Source of the DNA: Verrucomicrobiaceae bacterium
Lineage (GTDB): Bacteria; Verrucomicrobiota; Verrucomicrobiia; Verrucomicrobiales; Verrucomicrobiaceae
Length of the DNA stretch: 64,000 nt
Assembly (NCBI GenBank): GCA_016713245.1
Contig: JADJPM010000001.1
Location: 1,679,076 to 1,743,075 of the forward strand
Direction: 5' to 3'
Part shown: piece after piece, positions 30,211-41,162 of the stretch
Numbering within the stretch: the stretch's first letter is position 1
How the letters are laid out: every line of letters begins with the position of its first letter
Program-made: the position numbers and the translations under genes
The notes under the pieces: generated by a model
What the model saw: only the letters and a program-made list of their open reading frames with translations
Databases searched by the model: none
Told to the model about the DNA's origin: nothing

Positions 30211-32295
30211 TCACTCCAGCCGCCACACAAAAACCGCGCCCTCATCCGCCACCACCAGCCGCTTTCCATCCGCTGAAACGGCCACGCAGCCACGCATCAG
30301 CCTCCCGGTGAAGTTTTCCGCCAGCTTCTTCGCCAGCCACACATCACCACCGGTCTTCATCAGCCGAAAAACGGCCGCAGGTTCATCCGTGATCACATAA
30401 AGCGTGCCGTTGGCCACATCGGCAGCGACACCACGCACCGGTGGCAGCGGCTCCACGAGCTTCAGCGGAGTCAAAACGCCGTTTTGCACGCTCGCGAGCC
30501 GCATTTCGTCCTCCACGGCCACGACGATCTCATGTCGCGTCAGAGTCACATCAACGAGGGCCGCCTTGGCCTCGACGAGCACCTTCGGCGCGTGCTCGTC
30601 TTTTAAAGAAACCGCGAAAAGCTGCCTCTCCGCCACCACGAGCGCGGTTTGCGCCGTGATGGATGCATCTCCACTCCAAATCGCAGGCGGCAGCTCCACC
30701 GGGCCTGCATTTTTCACCGGCAGCGGATGATCTCCCCACGCCGAATCCGCCGCCAGCAGACGCGCCTCGCCGAGATCAGCCAGATCGACATGTGAGACAT
30801 AGCCGGGATGCGTCCACGCCATCCGCGCACCATCCGCCGTGAAGGCCATGCCGTCCGCGTGCGTCTCCCGTATCCACGCCGCAGGCTGCTCACCCTTCAT
30901 CAGCCACGCCATGCCGCTGCCCACCGCCAGCCACGCCCGGTCATCCCAGCGCGGATGCAGTGTCAGTGAGCGTGGAGACATCGCCGAGCCATCGTTCAGC
31001 TCCGGCACGTGTGCGCGGAACACCGTCGGCTTTGGCAGCTCGCTTTTCAGCGCGGCCACGCGTTGCCACTCGAAGTTCTCCCTCACGTCCCGCACGCTCG
31101 CGGCCTCTTTGGACTCATCCGACTTCTTCGTCGCATTCGTCCCATCTGGCTGCCGCAGTCCAAAATACGCCCCCAAGGCCAAAACAGCCGCCACAGCCCA
31201 CCACCGGCCTCTTCCACGCGAAGGCCTCGTTGTGTTCAAAACACGCGTCGTGGCCCATTTCCACTCCACCGGCTCTGCCGGAGGCATTTTGGCCATCAAA
31301 GCCTTCAAATCGTGCCCGGCGCAAAACGGCTCCAAAGCCTCCGCCACCTCCGCGCAGCTCGAAAAACGATCCGCAGGCACATGCGCCGTCATCTTGGCCA
31401 AAACCGCCGCCAGCGCAGCCGAAACGCCCGCGCAATGCGCCGCGATGTCCGCCAGCGGCTGCTGCGCGATGCGATTCAGCCTCTTCAACAACGACGATTC
31501 CTTTTCGCGATCCACCCGCGGCGATTCACCCGCCAGAAGATGCCAAAGCGTCGCCCCGAGGCTGAAAACATCCACGCGCAGGTCCGCCGTGCTCGGCGAC
31601 TCCACCTGCTCCGGTGCCGCATAGTCGAGCGTGCCCACGAACTCGCTGCTCATCGTCAAACTCATGCCGCCGAGCCCCGCATCTGCGGCTGCAAACTGCG
31701 CCAGACCGAAATCCAGCAGCTTCACGCCCTCCGCGCCCACCATCACATTCCCCGGCTTCACATCGCGATGCACCAGCCCGCGCTCATGCGCATGATGCAG
31801 CGCCAGCGCCGCCTGCCGCGCGATCTCGCACGCATCCGCCACGCGCAGCGCTCCGGTTTGCTCCAGCAGCCGGTTCAAACTCATGCCCTGGATCAGCTCC
31901 ATCGTCAGAAACCAAGTCCCCTCCCGCTGCCCGGCATCAAAGCAGCGCACCACGCCCGGATGATCCACCTGCGCCGCCGCCTGCATCTCACGCTCAAAAC
32001 GCGTCAGCGTCGCCGCATCCCCGCGAAACGTCGGTGCCAGCACCTTCATCGCCATCTCGCGCCCGAGATGCCGGTGCTTCACCCGCCACACCGTGCCAAA
32101 GCCCCCGCGCCCGATCTTCCCGCCAAACGCCAGCTCCGGAAACAGCCCCATCAACGTCTCCGACGCCACCTCCGAATCCGCCGCGCCCTTCGCCACAGTC
32201 TCGGAATCCTCCTTCACCAGCGCCAATCCCAACAAACCTGCCTCACGCCCGGAGAGGGCGTCTGGAGCTGATGGTGAGGAAGGTTGATCAGGCAT
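30211..32295 (-). CDS. Membrane Ser/Thr protein kinase with extracytoplasmic beta-propeller-like domain
   Basis: IGRGGFG, AMK, HRDVKPGN, DFG, GTLDYAAPE; TM WWAVAAVLALGAYFGL. Confidence 0.9.
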   Translation of the reverse strand: MPDQPSSPSAPDALSGREAGLLGLALVKEDSETVAKGAADSEVASETLMGLFPELAFGGKIGRGGFGTVWRVKHRHLGREMAMKVLAPTFRGDAATLTRFEREMQAAAQVDHPGVVRCFDAGQREGTWFLTMELIQGMSLNRLLEQTGALRVADACEIARQAALALHHAHERGLVHRDVKPGNVMVGAEGVKLLDFGLAQFAAADAGLGGMSLTMSSEFVGTLDYAAPEQVESPSTADLRVDVFSLGATLWHLLAGESPRVDREKESSLLKRLNRIAQQPLADIAAHCAGVSAALAAVLAKMTAHVPADRFSSCAEVAEALEPFCAGHDLKALMAKMPPAEPVEWKWATTRVLNTTRPSRGRGRWWAVAAVLALGAYFGLRQPDGTNATKKSDESKEAASVRDVRENFEWQRVAALKSELPKPTVFRAHVPELNDGSAMSPRSLTLHPRWDDRAWLAVGSGMAWLMKGEQPAAWIRETHADGMAFTADGARMAWTHPGYVSHVDLADLGEARLLAADSAWGDHPLPVKNAGPVELPPAIWSGDASITAQTALVVAERQLFAVSLKDEHAPKVLVEAKAALVDVTLTRHEIVVAVEDEMRLASVQNGVLTPLKLVEPLPPVRGVAADVANGTLYVITDEPAAVFRLMKTGGDVWLAKKLAENFTGRLMRGCVAVSADGKRLVVADEGAVFVWRLE

Positions 32296-32424
32296 GGGCT
32301 GGGTATCAAACAAGATCAAGGCTACGCCGTCAAAGGGTCAAGGTGTCAAGACACCCTGCTTGACCTATCGCCCCTCCTTCTTGACTCTCTTGACCACTCT
32401 TTGACCCGTCTTTGACCTCTCCCC

Positions 32425-33132
32425 ATGCCCGACTTCCCCGACACCCGCTGGACCATGATCGCCCGACTGCGCTCAGCGGATGAGGCGCAGCGGCAGCGGG
32501 CCTTTGAGGAGCTTTGCGAGGACTACTGGCAACCGCTTTACACCTTCGCCCGCAGCCTCGGCAGCGGACCGGAGGACGCCGCGGACCTCACGCAGGACTT
32601 TGTGCTGAAGCTGCTGCAAAAAGACGGCCAGAGCTTTGACAACGTGCTCCCCGAGCGCGGTCGCCTGCGCACCTGGCTGCGCACCATTTTCCGACATCAC
32701 CTCAGCAACCATCACCGCGACCAAAACACGCTCAAACGCGGCAGCGCCATCACCTTCCAGCCGCTCGATCTCGACGCTCTCGAACGCGAATTCACCGCGC
32801 AAGACTCCGCCCGCAGCCCCGACGAGGCCTTTGACCGCGTGTGGATGCGCGATCTGCTCCGCCGTGCCCTCGCCCGACTCATCGCGAAGCACGACGAACG
32901 CGGCCGCGGCGATTTCGTCCGCACTTTGGAGCCTCACCTCACCGACAGCGCCTCGCTCGACCACACCGCACTCGCCGAAAAACTCCAGATCAGCGAAAAC
33001 GCCCTCCGCACCGCCCTTCATCGCCTACGCCGCGAGTATGGCGAGATCCTCCGCACCGAGGTCGCTGCCACTTTGCCCGAAGGCGATGACATTGATGCCG
33101 AGCTTCGTCATCTGCTGGCCGTGGCGGGCTGA
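32425..33132 (+). CDS. ECF RNA polymerase sigma factor (kinase-associated PVC type)
   Basis: FPDTRWT, YWQPLY, DAADLTQDF, GRLRTWL, region 4 ALRTALHRLRREY. Confidence 0.85.
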   Translation: MPDFPDTRWTMIARLRSADEAQRQRAFEELCEDYWQPLYTFARSLGSGPEDAADLTQDFVLKLLQKDGQSFDNVLPERGRLRTWLRTIFRHHLSNHHRDQNTLKRGSAITFQPLDLDALEREFTAQDSARSPDEAFDRVWMRDLLRRALARLIAKHDERGRGDFVRTLEPHLTDSASLDHTALAEKLQISENALRTALHRLRREYGEILRTEVAATLPEGDDIDAELRHLLAVAG

Positions 33133-33218
33133 AAAGGGCTGCGAGGAGCCAAGTGGGCAAAAAATAGGTGTCAAACCTGCTCACATGGCTAAATCTCCGC
33201 CTCCCTCGATTTCCCTTC

Positions 33219-36000
<2,782 letters not shown>

Positions 36001-36003
36001 GCC

Positions 36004-36027
36004 GTAGAACGAACTTTCAGTTCGTTC
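36004..36027. repeat. GTAG-type REP hairpin / possible terminator after acnA
   Basis: GTA-GAACGAACT-TTC-AGTTCGTTC. Confidence 0.55.
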
Positions 36028-36074
36028 AGCGACACCCGCTTGCATAAAAAGTCTGCGGCATTGCCCAACCCTCT

Positions 36075-36111
36075 AAAATGTCTCTAATTAGCCTCTAATT
36101 AGAGACATTTT
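36075..36111. promoter_or_regulatory. Perfect 17-bp inverted repeat (operator-like)
   Basis: AAAATGTCTCTAATTAG-CCT-CTAATTAGAGACATTTT directly before ATG 36113. Confidence 0.7.
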
Positions 36112-36112
36112 T

Positions 36113-37096
36113 ATGCCATGCTCCCCCGATCCCCTGTCACCAAAACCATTTCCGAATGGGTTGATCTGTTTTATCGTCTCGAGCTTGGCCGCGATGGCTG
36201 TTTTCACGGTGACGGACAGATTCCGTACATACGGTTACTCGCTCTTCATCGGAGTGCCGCTAGGAATGGGCGTGCTACTAGGACTTCTTTATCAGCGTGG
36301 TCGTAGGTGGAAATGGTTGGAATCGCTTTATTTGCTGGTTTGCTCGCTCGGCATGGCATCAGTGTGGCTCATTCTCTGCCAGATCGAAGGAGTTATCTGT
36401 GTGCTGATGGCTGCGACGCTAGTTTCCTTCGTCGCGCTCGCAGGCATGCTGGTTTTTTGTTTCGTTGACTTTCTGCTACGAAGTTTTCGACACCGGAACA
36501 AGCTCCACTGCCTCGCCATCCTCTGCATCCCTCTCGCGATGAATTGGGAGGCATCCCATCGTCCGACGCCGCCAATGCTCGAACAAACTACCAGCATCGA
36601 AGTGAATGCCTCGCCAGAGGGCGTGTGGCAGTTCATTCCTTCATTCCCAGCGATCAAAGACGCTCCTGCAGGCTGGTTGGCGAGCGGAGTCGCCTATCCC
36701 ATCTCCTCGGAGATCGATGGCAGCGGCGTGGGTGCCACGCGGCGTTGCATCGTCTCCACCGGCACGATGCCGGAGGTCGTCACCGCCTGGGAACCCGGCA
36801 AAAAGCTCGAATTTGAGGTGAAGGAAACACCACCCGCCATGGTGGAAACGAATCCTTTCGGTGAGGTCCACGCACACCACCTCGAAGGCTACTTTCAGGC
36901 TCGTTATGGCCGTTTCGTGCTCGTTCCTCTCCCGGATGGACGCACACGCATCGAAGGCACCAGTTGGTTCGTGCATGACTTGTGGCCTCAATGGTATTGG
37001 GAACCCGTCACCCGCCACACCGTCTCCCAAATCCACACTCGCGTGCTCAAGCACATCAAGTCACTCGCCGAAAAAGCCGCCGCCGCTTCCCGGTAA
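36113..37096 (+). CDS. Membrane protein with C-terminal SRPBCC/START-like domain
   Basis: 5 TM helices with EGVICVLMA, then TSIEVNASPEGVW...EVVTAWEPG. Confidence 0.7.
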   Translation: MPCSPDPLSPKPFPNGLICFIVSSLAAMAVFTVTDRFRTYGYSLFIGVPLGMGVLLGLLYQRGRRWKWLESLYLLVCSLGMASVWLILCQIEGVICVLMAATLVSFVALAGMLVFCFVDFLLRSFRHRNKLHCLAILCIPLAMNWEASHRPTPPMLEQTTSIEVNASPEGVWQFIPSFPAIKDAPAGWLASGVAYPISSEIDGSGVGATRRCIVSTGTMPEVVTAWEPGKKLEFEVKETPPAMVETNPFGEVHAHHLEGYFQARYGRFVLVPLPDGRTRIEGTSWFVHDLWPQWYWEPVTRHTVSQIHTRVLKHIKSLAEKAAAASR

Positions 37097-37109
37097 CTCC
37101 TTCGTGATT

Positions 37110-37571
37110 ATGAGTTCCACCGTTTTCCCCATGATTCCCGCCGCCAGCAAGTCGCTGTGGTTCTTTGCCATCATCAGCCTCGTGCTGCTCGGCGTCCTCG
37201 TGCTGATGATCTGGCTGGCGTGGTCCATGCAGCATGTGCGCTTCACCGTCTCCCATGAAGGCCTGCGACTCCAAGGTGATCTCTATGGCCGCTTGATTCC
37301 TCTCCAATCACTCAAGCTCGACGAAGCCGTCGTCACCAACCTCAACACCGATACGGATCATCAGCCCACCCGCCGCACCATGGGCACCGGCCTGCCAGGT
37401 TACGCCGCTGGCTGGTTCACCCTGCGCAACGGAGCGAAAGCCCTGCTTTACGTCACCGACCGCACCCGCGTCGCCCGCCTTCCCACGACGGAAGGCTACT
37501 CGGTCATGCTCAGCGTGACTGATCCAGCGGCCTTGATCGCCGCACTGCGCAGCCAGTCGGAATCCCGCTGA
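37110..37571 (+). CDS. Bacterial PH-domain membrane protein
   Basis: TM helix then RRTMGTGLPGYAAGWF and ALLYVTD. Confidence 0.7.
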   Translation: MSSTVFPMIPAASKSLWFFAIISLVLLGVLVLMIWLAWSMQHVRFTVSHEGLRLQGDLYGRLIPLQSLKLDEAVVTNLNTDTDHQPTRRTMGTGLPGYAAGWFTLRNGAKALLYVTDRTRVARLPTTEGYSVMLSVTDPAALIAALRSQSESR

Positions 37572-37621
37572 TTGAGCCTCCCAAGGAGGCGCCAAGGCGT
37601 CAGAAAGGTTGCCAACCCTCT

Positions 37622-37658
37622 AAAACCTATCTAATTATACTCCAATTAGATACATTTT
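37622..37658. promoter_or_regulatory. Imperfect inverted repeat, paralogous to 36075-36111
   Basis: AAAACCTATCTAATT-ATACTCC-AATTAGATACATTTT; also shares upstream CAACCCTCTAAAA. Confidence 0.65.
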
Positions 37659-37664
37659 AGACAG

Positions 37665-39008
37665 ATGCGCCTCCCCGAACCCCCGCCACCCCTTCACTAC
37701 CTGCTGACCACTTCGGTCAGTCCGGCGCGGTGGTCGCAGGTGCTGAGCATGAAAAACCCGGTGCAGCCGTTGGAGGGGGAATATTTGCACTGGGATGATT
37801 TGGAGGCTCGAAAGCCCCCGGCGGACCTCTCCAAGGCCGAGTGGTGGTTGCTGATGAAAACGGGCAGGCAGTTTGCCCGGCAGGAAGTGCCGTTGAAGGA
37901 CAAAAAGGGTCAGCCATTCAGCTTCTCCATCGTGCCAGAGATGTTTGAGGCGCTGCATCACATCGACCAGCGTTGCGCGGGGAACATCGCCATGCCCGAG
38001 CATGTCTCGAAGGCCGCCGAAAGCTCCGGCATTCAGACGCGCTACAAAATCAACTCGCTCATGGAGGAGGCGGTGACCTCCAGCCTGCTCGAAGGAGCTG
38101 CCGTGACGCGTGAAAAGGCCCGCGACCTGCTCCGCAGCGGGCGCAAGCCGCGTGACAAAAGTGAGCGCATGATCGTGAACAACTTCATCACGATGCAGCA
38201 CCTTCAAAAGATCAAAGACCGGCCGCTCACGCCGGAGCTGGTGCTGGAAATCCACGCGATGATCTCCCGCGATGCCTTGGACAAAACCGATGGCGCAGGC
38301 CGCCTGCGCCGCGCGGATGAACGCATCGAAGTCGCCGATGATGAGGACAATGTCTTCCACATCCCTCCCGCCGCATCGCAACTGCCCGAACGCCTCGCCG
38401 CCATGTGCGACTTCGCGAACGATCAGCAGCTCCGCGGGTACCTGCACCCCGTCGTCCGTGCCATCATCCTGCATTTCTGGCTGGCCTACGATCACCCCTT
38501 TGTCGATGGCAACGGCCGCACTGCCCGAGCCTTGTTCTACTGGTCGATGTTGCGCGGCGGCTTCTGGCTCTTCGAGTTCATTTCCATCTCCCAGGCATTG
38601 CTGCGTTCCCCAGCAGATTACTACCGCGCCTTTTTGCTCACGGAGACCGACGACAACGACCTCAACTATTTCCTCCTGCATCAACTGCGCTGCATCGGTA
38701 CCGCGATCGAAGACTTGCACGCCTATCTCGCCCGCAAATCCGCCGAGCGGCAGACCTTGCAGACCAGCCTTCGCGATATCGGCTGGATCAATCCGCGCCA
38801 GCAAGCCCTCCTCGAACATGCGCTGGAAAACGCCAGTGCCACCTACACCTTCGACAGCCACCAGCGCAGCCATCAAATCTCCCTCATGACCGCCAGATCC
38901 GACCTGCTGGCCTTGGAGAACAAAGGATTGCTCACCTCTCGCATCGAAGGCAAACAACGCATCTTCCGCCCCGCACCCGGACTCGATCAAAAGCTCCGGC
39001 ACTCCTAA
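37665..39008 (+). CDS. Fic family protein with C-terminal HTH-like domain
   Basis: Canonical HPFVDGNGRTAR; SSLLEG inhibitory-type motif; C-terminal MTARSDLLALENKGLL. Confidence 0.9.
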   Translation: MRLPEPPPPLHYLLTTSVSPARWSQVLSMKNPVQPLEGEYLHWDDLEARKPPADLSKAEWWLLMKTGRQFARQEVPLKDKKGQPFSFSIVPEMFEALHHIDQRCAGNIAMPEHVSKAAESSGIQTRYKINSLMEEAVTSSLLEGAAVTREKARDLLRSGRKPRDKSERMIVNNFITMQHLQKIKDRPLTPELVLEIHAMISRDALDKTDGAGRLRRADERIEVADDEDNVFHIPPAASQLPERLAAMCDFANDQQLRGYLHPVVRAIILHFWLAYDHPFVDGNGRTARALFYWSMLRGGFWLFEFISISQALLRSPADYYRAFLLTETDDNDLNYFLLHQLRCIGTAIEDLHAYLARKSAERQTLQTSLRDIGWINPRQQALLEHALENASATYTFDSHQRSHQISLMTARSDLLALENKGLLTSRIEGKQRIFRPAPGLDQKLRHS

Positions 39009-39053
39009 AGTGGCCCCTTCGTCATTCCGCATTCGCCATTCGTCATTACTTCC

Positions 39054-40076
39054 ATGTCTCCCCACGACCTCCCCGACCTCGAAGAGCGCCTCTCACGCCC
39101 CACACCGGCGGTGATCGACCTGATGCGGCAGATTCCGGGCGATTTCATCGTGCTCGGTGCCGCAGGAAAGATGGGGCCTTCACTTTCCCGCATGATCAAA
39201 CGCGCCAGCGATGATGCCGGCACGCCGCGGCGCGTCATCGCCGTGTCGCGCTTCAGTTCACCCGGCTCGCAGGAGGAATTCAACGCGCATGGCATCGAAA
39301 CCGTCGCGCGAGATCTGCTCGATGCGAACGCCGTGGCCTATCTTCCCGCCGCAGCGAATGTCATCTACATGGCGGGCATGAAATTCGGTGCCACCGGCAA
39401 TGAATCGCTCACCTGGGCCATGAACGCATGGTTGCCCGGCATCGTGTGCGAGCGCTACAGCCGCAGCCGCATCGTCGCCTTCTCCACAGGCAATGTGTAT
39501 GGCCTCACGCCCGTCGAAAACGGCGGCAGCCGCGAGGAAGACACGCTCAATCCCGCCGGCGAATACGCCATGAGCTGCCTCGGCCGTGAGCGCCTCTTCG
39601 AGCACTTCAGCCACGCACGCGGCACGCCCGTCTCGCTCATCCGCCTGAACTACGCCTGCGACCTGCGCTACGGCGTGCTCGTCGATATCGCCCGCAAAGT
39701 GTGGGCCGACGAACCCGTCGATGTCACGATGGGCCACTTCAACACCATCTGGCAGGGCGATGCGAATGCGCTCTCCCTGCTCACGCTCGCCCACACCTCC
39801 TCACCAGCCACCGCCTTCAACATCACCGGCATCCGCACCCTCTCCGTGCGCGACACCGCGCTGCACTTGGGCGAACTCCTCGGCAAAACGCCGCAAATCA
39901 CCGGCACCGAGGCCAAGGACGCGCTGCTGAGCAATGCCACACGCTCCATCCTCTCCCTCGGTCCGCCTTTCGTCAGCGAAACCGACCTCATCGAATGGAC
40001 CGCCGACTGGATCAAACGTGGTGGCACCTCCCTCGGCAAACCCACTCACTTCGAGTCTCGCGATGGCAAATTCTGA
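39054..40076 (+). CDS. NAD-dependent epimerase/dehydratase family
   Basis: VLGAAGKMGP, FSTGNVY, YAMSC, IRLNYA. Confidence 0.8.
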   Translation: MSPHDLPDLEERLSRPTPAVIDLMRQIPGDFIVLGAAGKMGPSLSRMIKRASDDAGTPRRVIAVSRFSSPGSQEEFNAHGIETVARDLLDANAVAYLPAAANVIYMAGMKFGATGNESLTWAMNAWLPGIVCERYSRSRIVAFSTGNVYGLTPVENGGSREEDTLNPAGEYAMSCLGRERLFEHFSHARGTPVSLIRLNYACDLRYGVLVDIARKVWADEPVDVTMGHFNTIWQGDANALSLLTLAHTSSPATAFNITGIRTLSVRDTALHLGELLGKTPQITGTEAKDALLSNATRSILSLGPPFVSETDLIEWTADWIKRGGTSLGKPTHFESRDGKF

Positions 40077-41109
40077 TGCAACGCCCTTCGTAGCGGCGGG
40101 CGTCAGCACGCCGCCGAGCGTCCGCGCCGCCCTGCATCGCGGCCTTGTCATTCCCGCGTGCCCGTTGGCACTGAACGCCTCGCGCAGGCTCGACGAGCGT
40201 CGTCAACGAGCCCTGCTGCGCTACTACCATGCCGCCGGAGCGGGTGGCGTCGCCGTCGGCGTCCACACCACGCAGTTCGCCATCCGCGATCCGAAGCACG
40301 CGCTTTTTGAACCCGTGCTCACGTTGGCCGCCGAAGAGTTCAAAAACGATCCACGCCGCCTCGTCCGCATCGGCGGCGTGTGCGGACTCACCTCGCAGGC
40401 CGTTCACGAGGCCACACTGCTCCGCGAACTCGGTTACGATGCCGCGTTGATCAGCCTCGCCACCCTCAAATCGGCCACCGAGGCCGAAATGGTCGCTCAC
40501 TGCTGCGAAATCGCGCGAATCATCCCCATCGTCGGATTTTACCTCCAGCCCGCCGTGGGCGGGAAAGTGCTTCCGCGCTCGTTTTGGCAAAAATTCGCGG
40601 AAATCGAGAACGTGGTCGCCATCAAGATCGCGCCCTTCAACCGCTACCAGACGCTTGATGTCATCCACGCGGTCAAAGACAGCGGAAGGACCGACATCGC
40701 GCTATACACCGGCAATGATGACAACATCGTGCTCGATCTCATTTCGCCGTATCCGGTGCGTATCGTGGGCGGTTTGCTCGGCCACTGGTCCGTTTGGACA
40801 CAAAAAGCCGTCGAACTCCTCGCGAAGTGCCACAGCGAGCCTGTTTCGCCGGAAATGCTCCAACTCGCGAATGAAGTCACCGACAGCAACGCCGCCTTCT
40901 TCGACGCCGCGAACGCCTTTCACGGCTGCATCGCCGGCCTCCACGAAATCCTCCGCCGCCAAGGCCTCCTCGAAGGCCTCTGGTGCCTCGACGAGCACGA
41001 AACCCTCAGTCCCGGCCAACTCGCCGAGATCGACCGAGTCTGCGCCGCCTACCCGCACCTCAGCGATGATGAATTCGTCTCGGAGCATCGAGACGAATGG
41101 CTGCGGTGA
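40063..41109 (+). CDS. Dihydrodipicolinate synthase (class I aldolase) family protein
   Basis: GVAVGVHTTQF, GFYLQPAVGG, AIKIAPF Schiff-base Lys, LYTGNDD. Confidence 0.82.
   Translation: MANSDATPFVAAGVSTPPSVRAALHRGLVIPACPLALNASRRLDERRQRALLRYYHAAGAGGVAVGVHTTQFAIRDPKHALFEPVLTLAAEEFKNDPRRLVRIGGVCGLTSQAVHEATLLRELGYDAALISLATLKSATEAEMVAHCCEIARIIPIVGFYLQPAVGGKVLPRSFWQKFAEIENVVAIKIAPFNRYQTLDVIHAVKDSGRTDIALYTGNDDNIVLDLISPYPVRIVGGLLGHWSVWTQKAVELLAKCHSEPVSPEMLQLANEVTDSNAAFFDAANAFHGCIAGLHEILRRQGLLEGLWCLDEHETLSPGQLAEIDRVCAAYPHLSDDEFVSEHRDEWLR
40090..40116. repeat. GTAG-type REP-like hairpin within the aldolase 5' end
   Basis: GTAG-CGGCGGGCGT-CAGC-ACGCCGCCG. Confidence 0.45.
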
Positions 41110-41162
41110 TCGGGATCTCTCCGCCATTGATCCGTTCCAGCCTGAGGCTTACAGAAGCGAGA

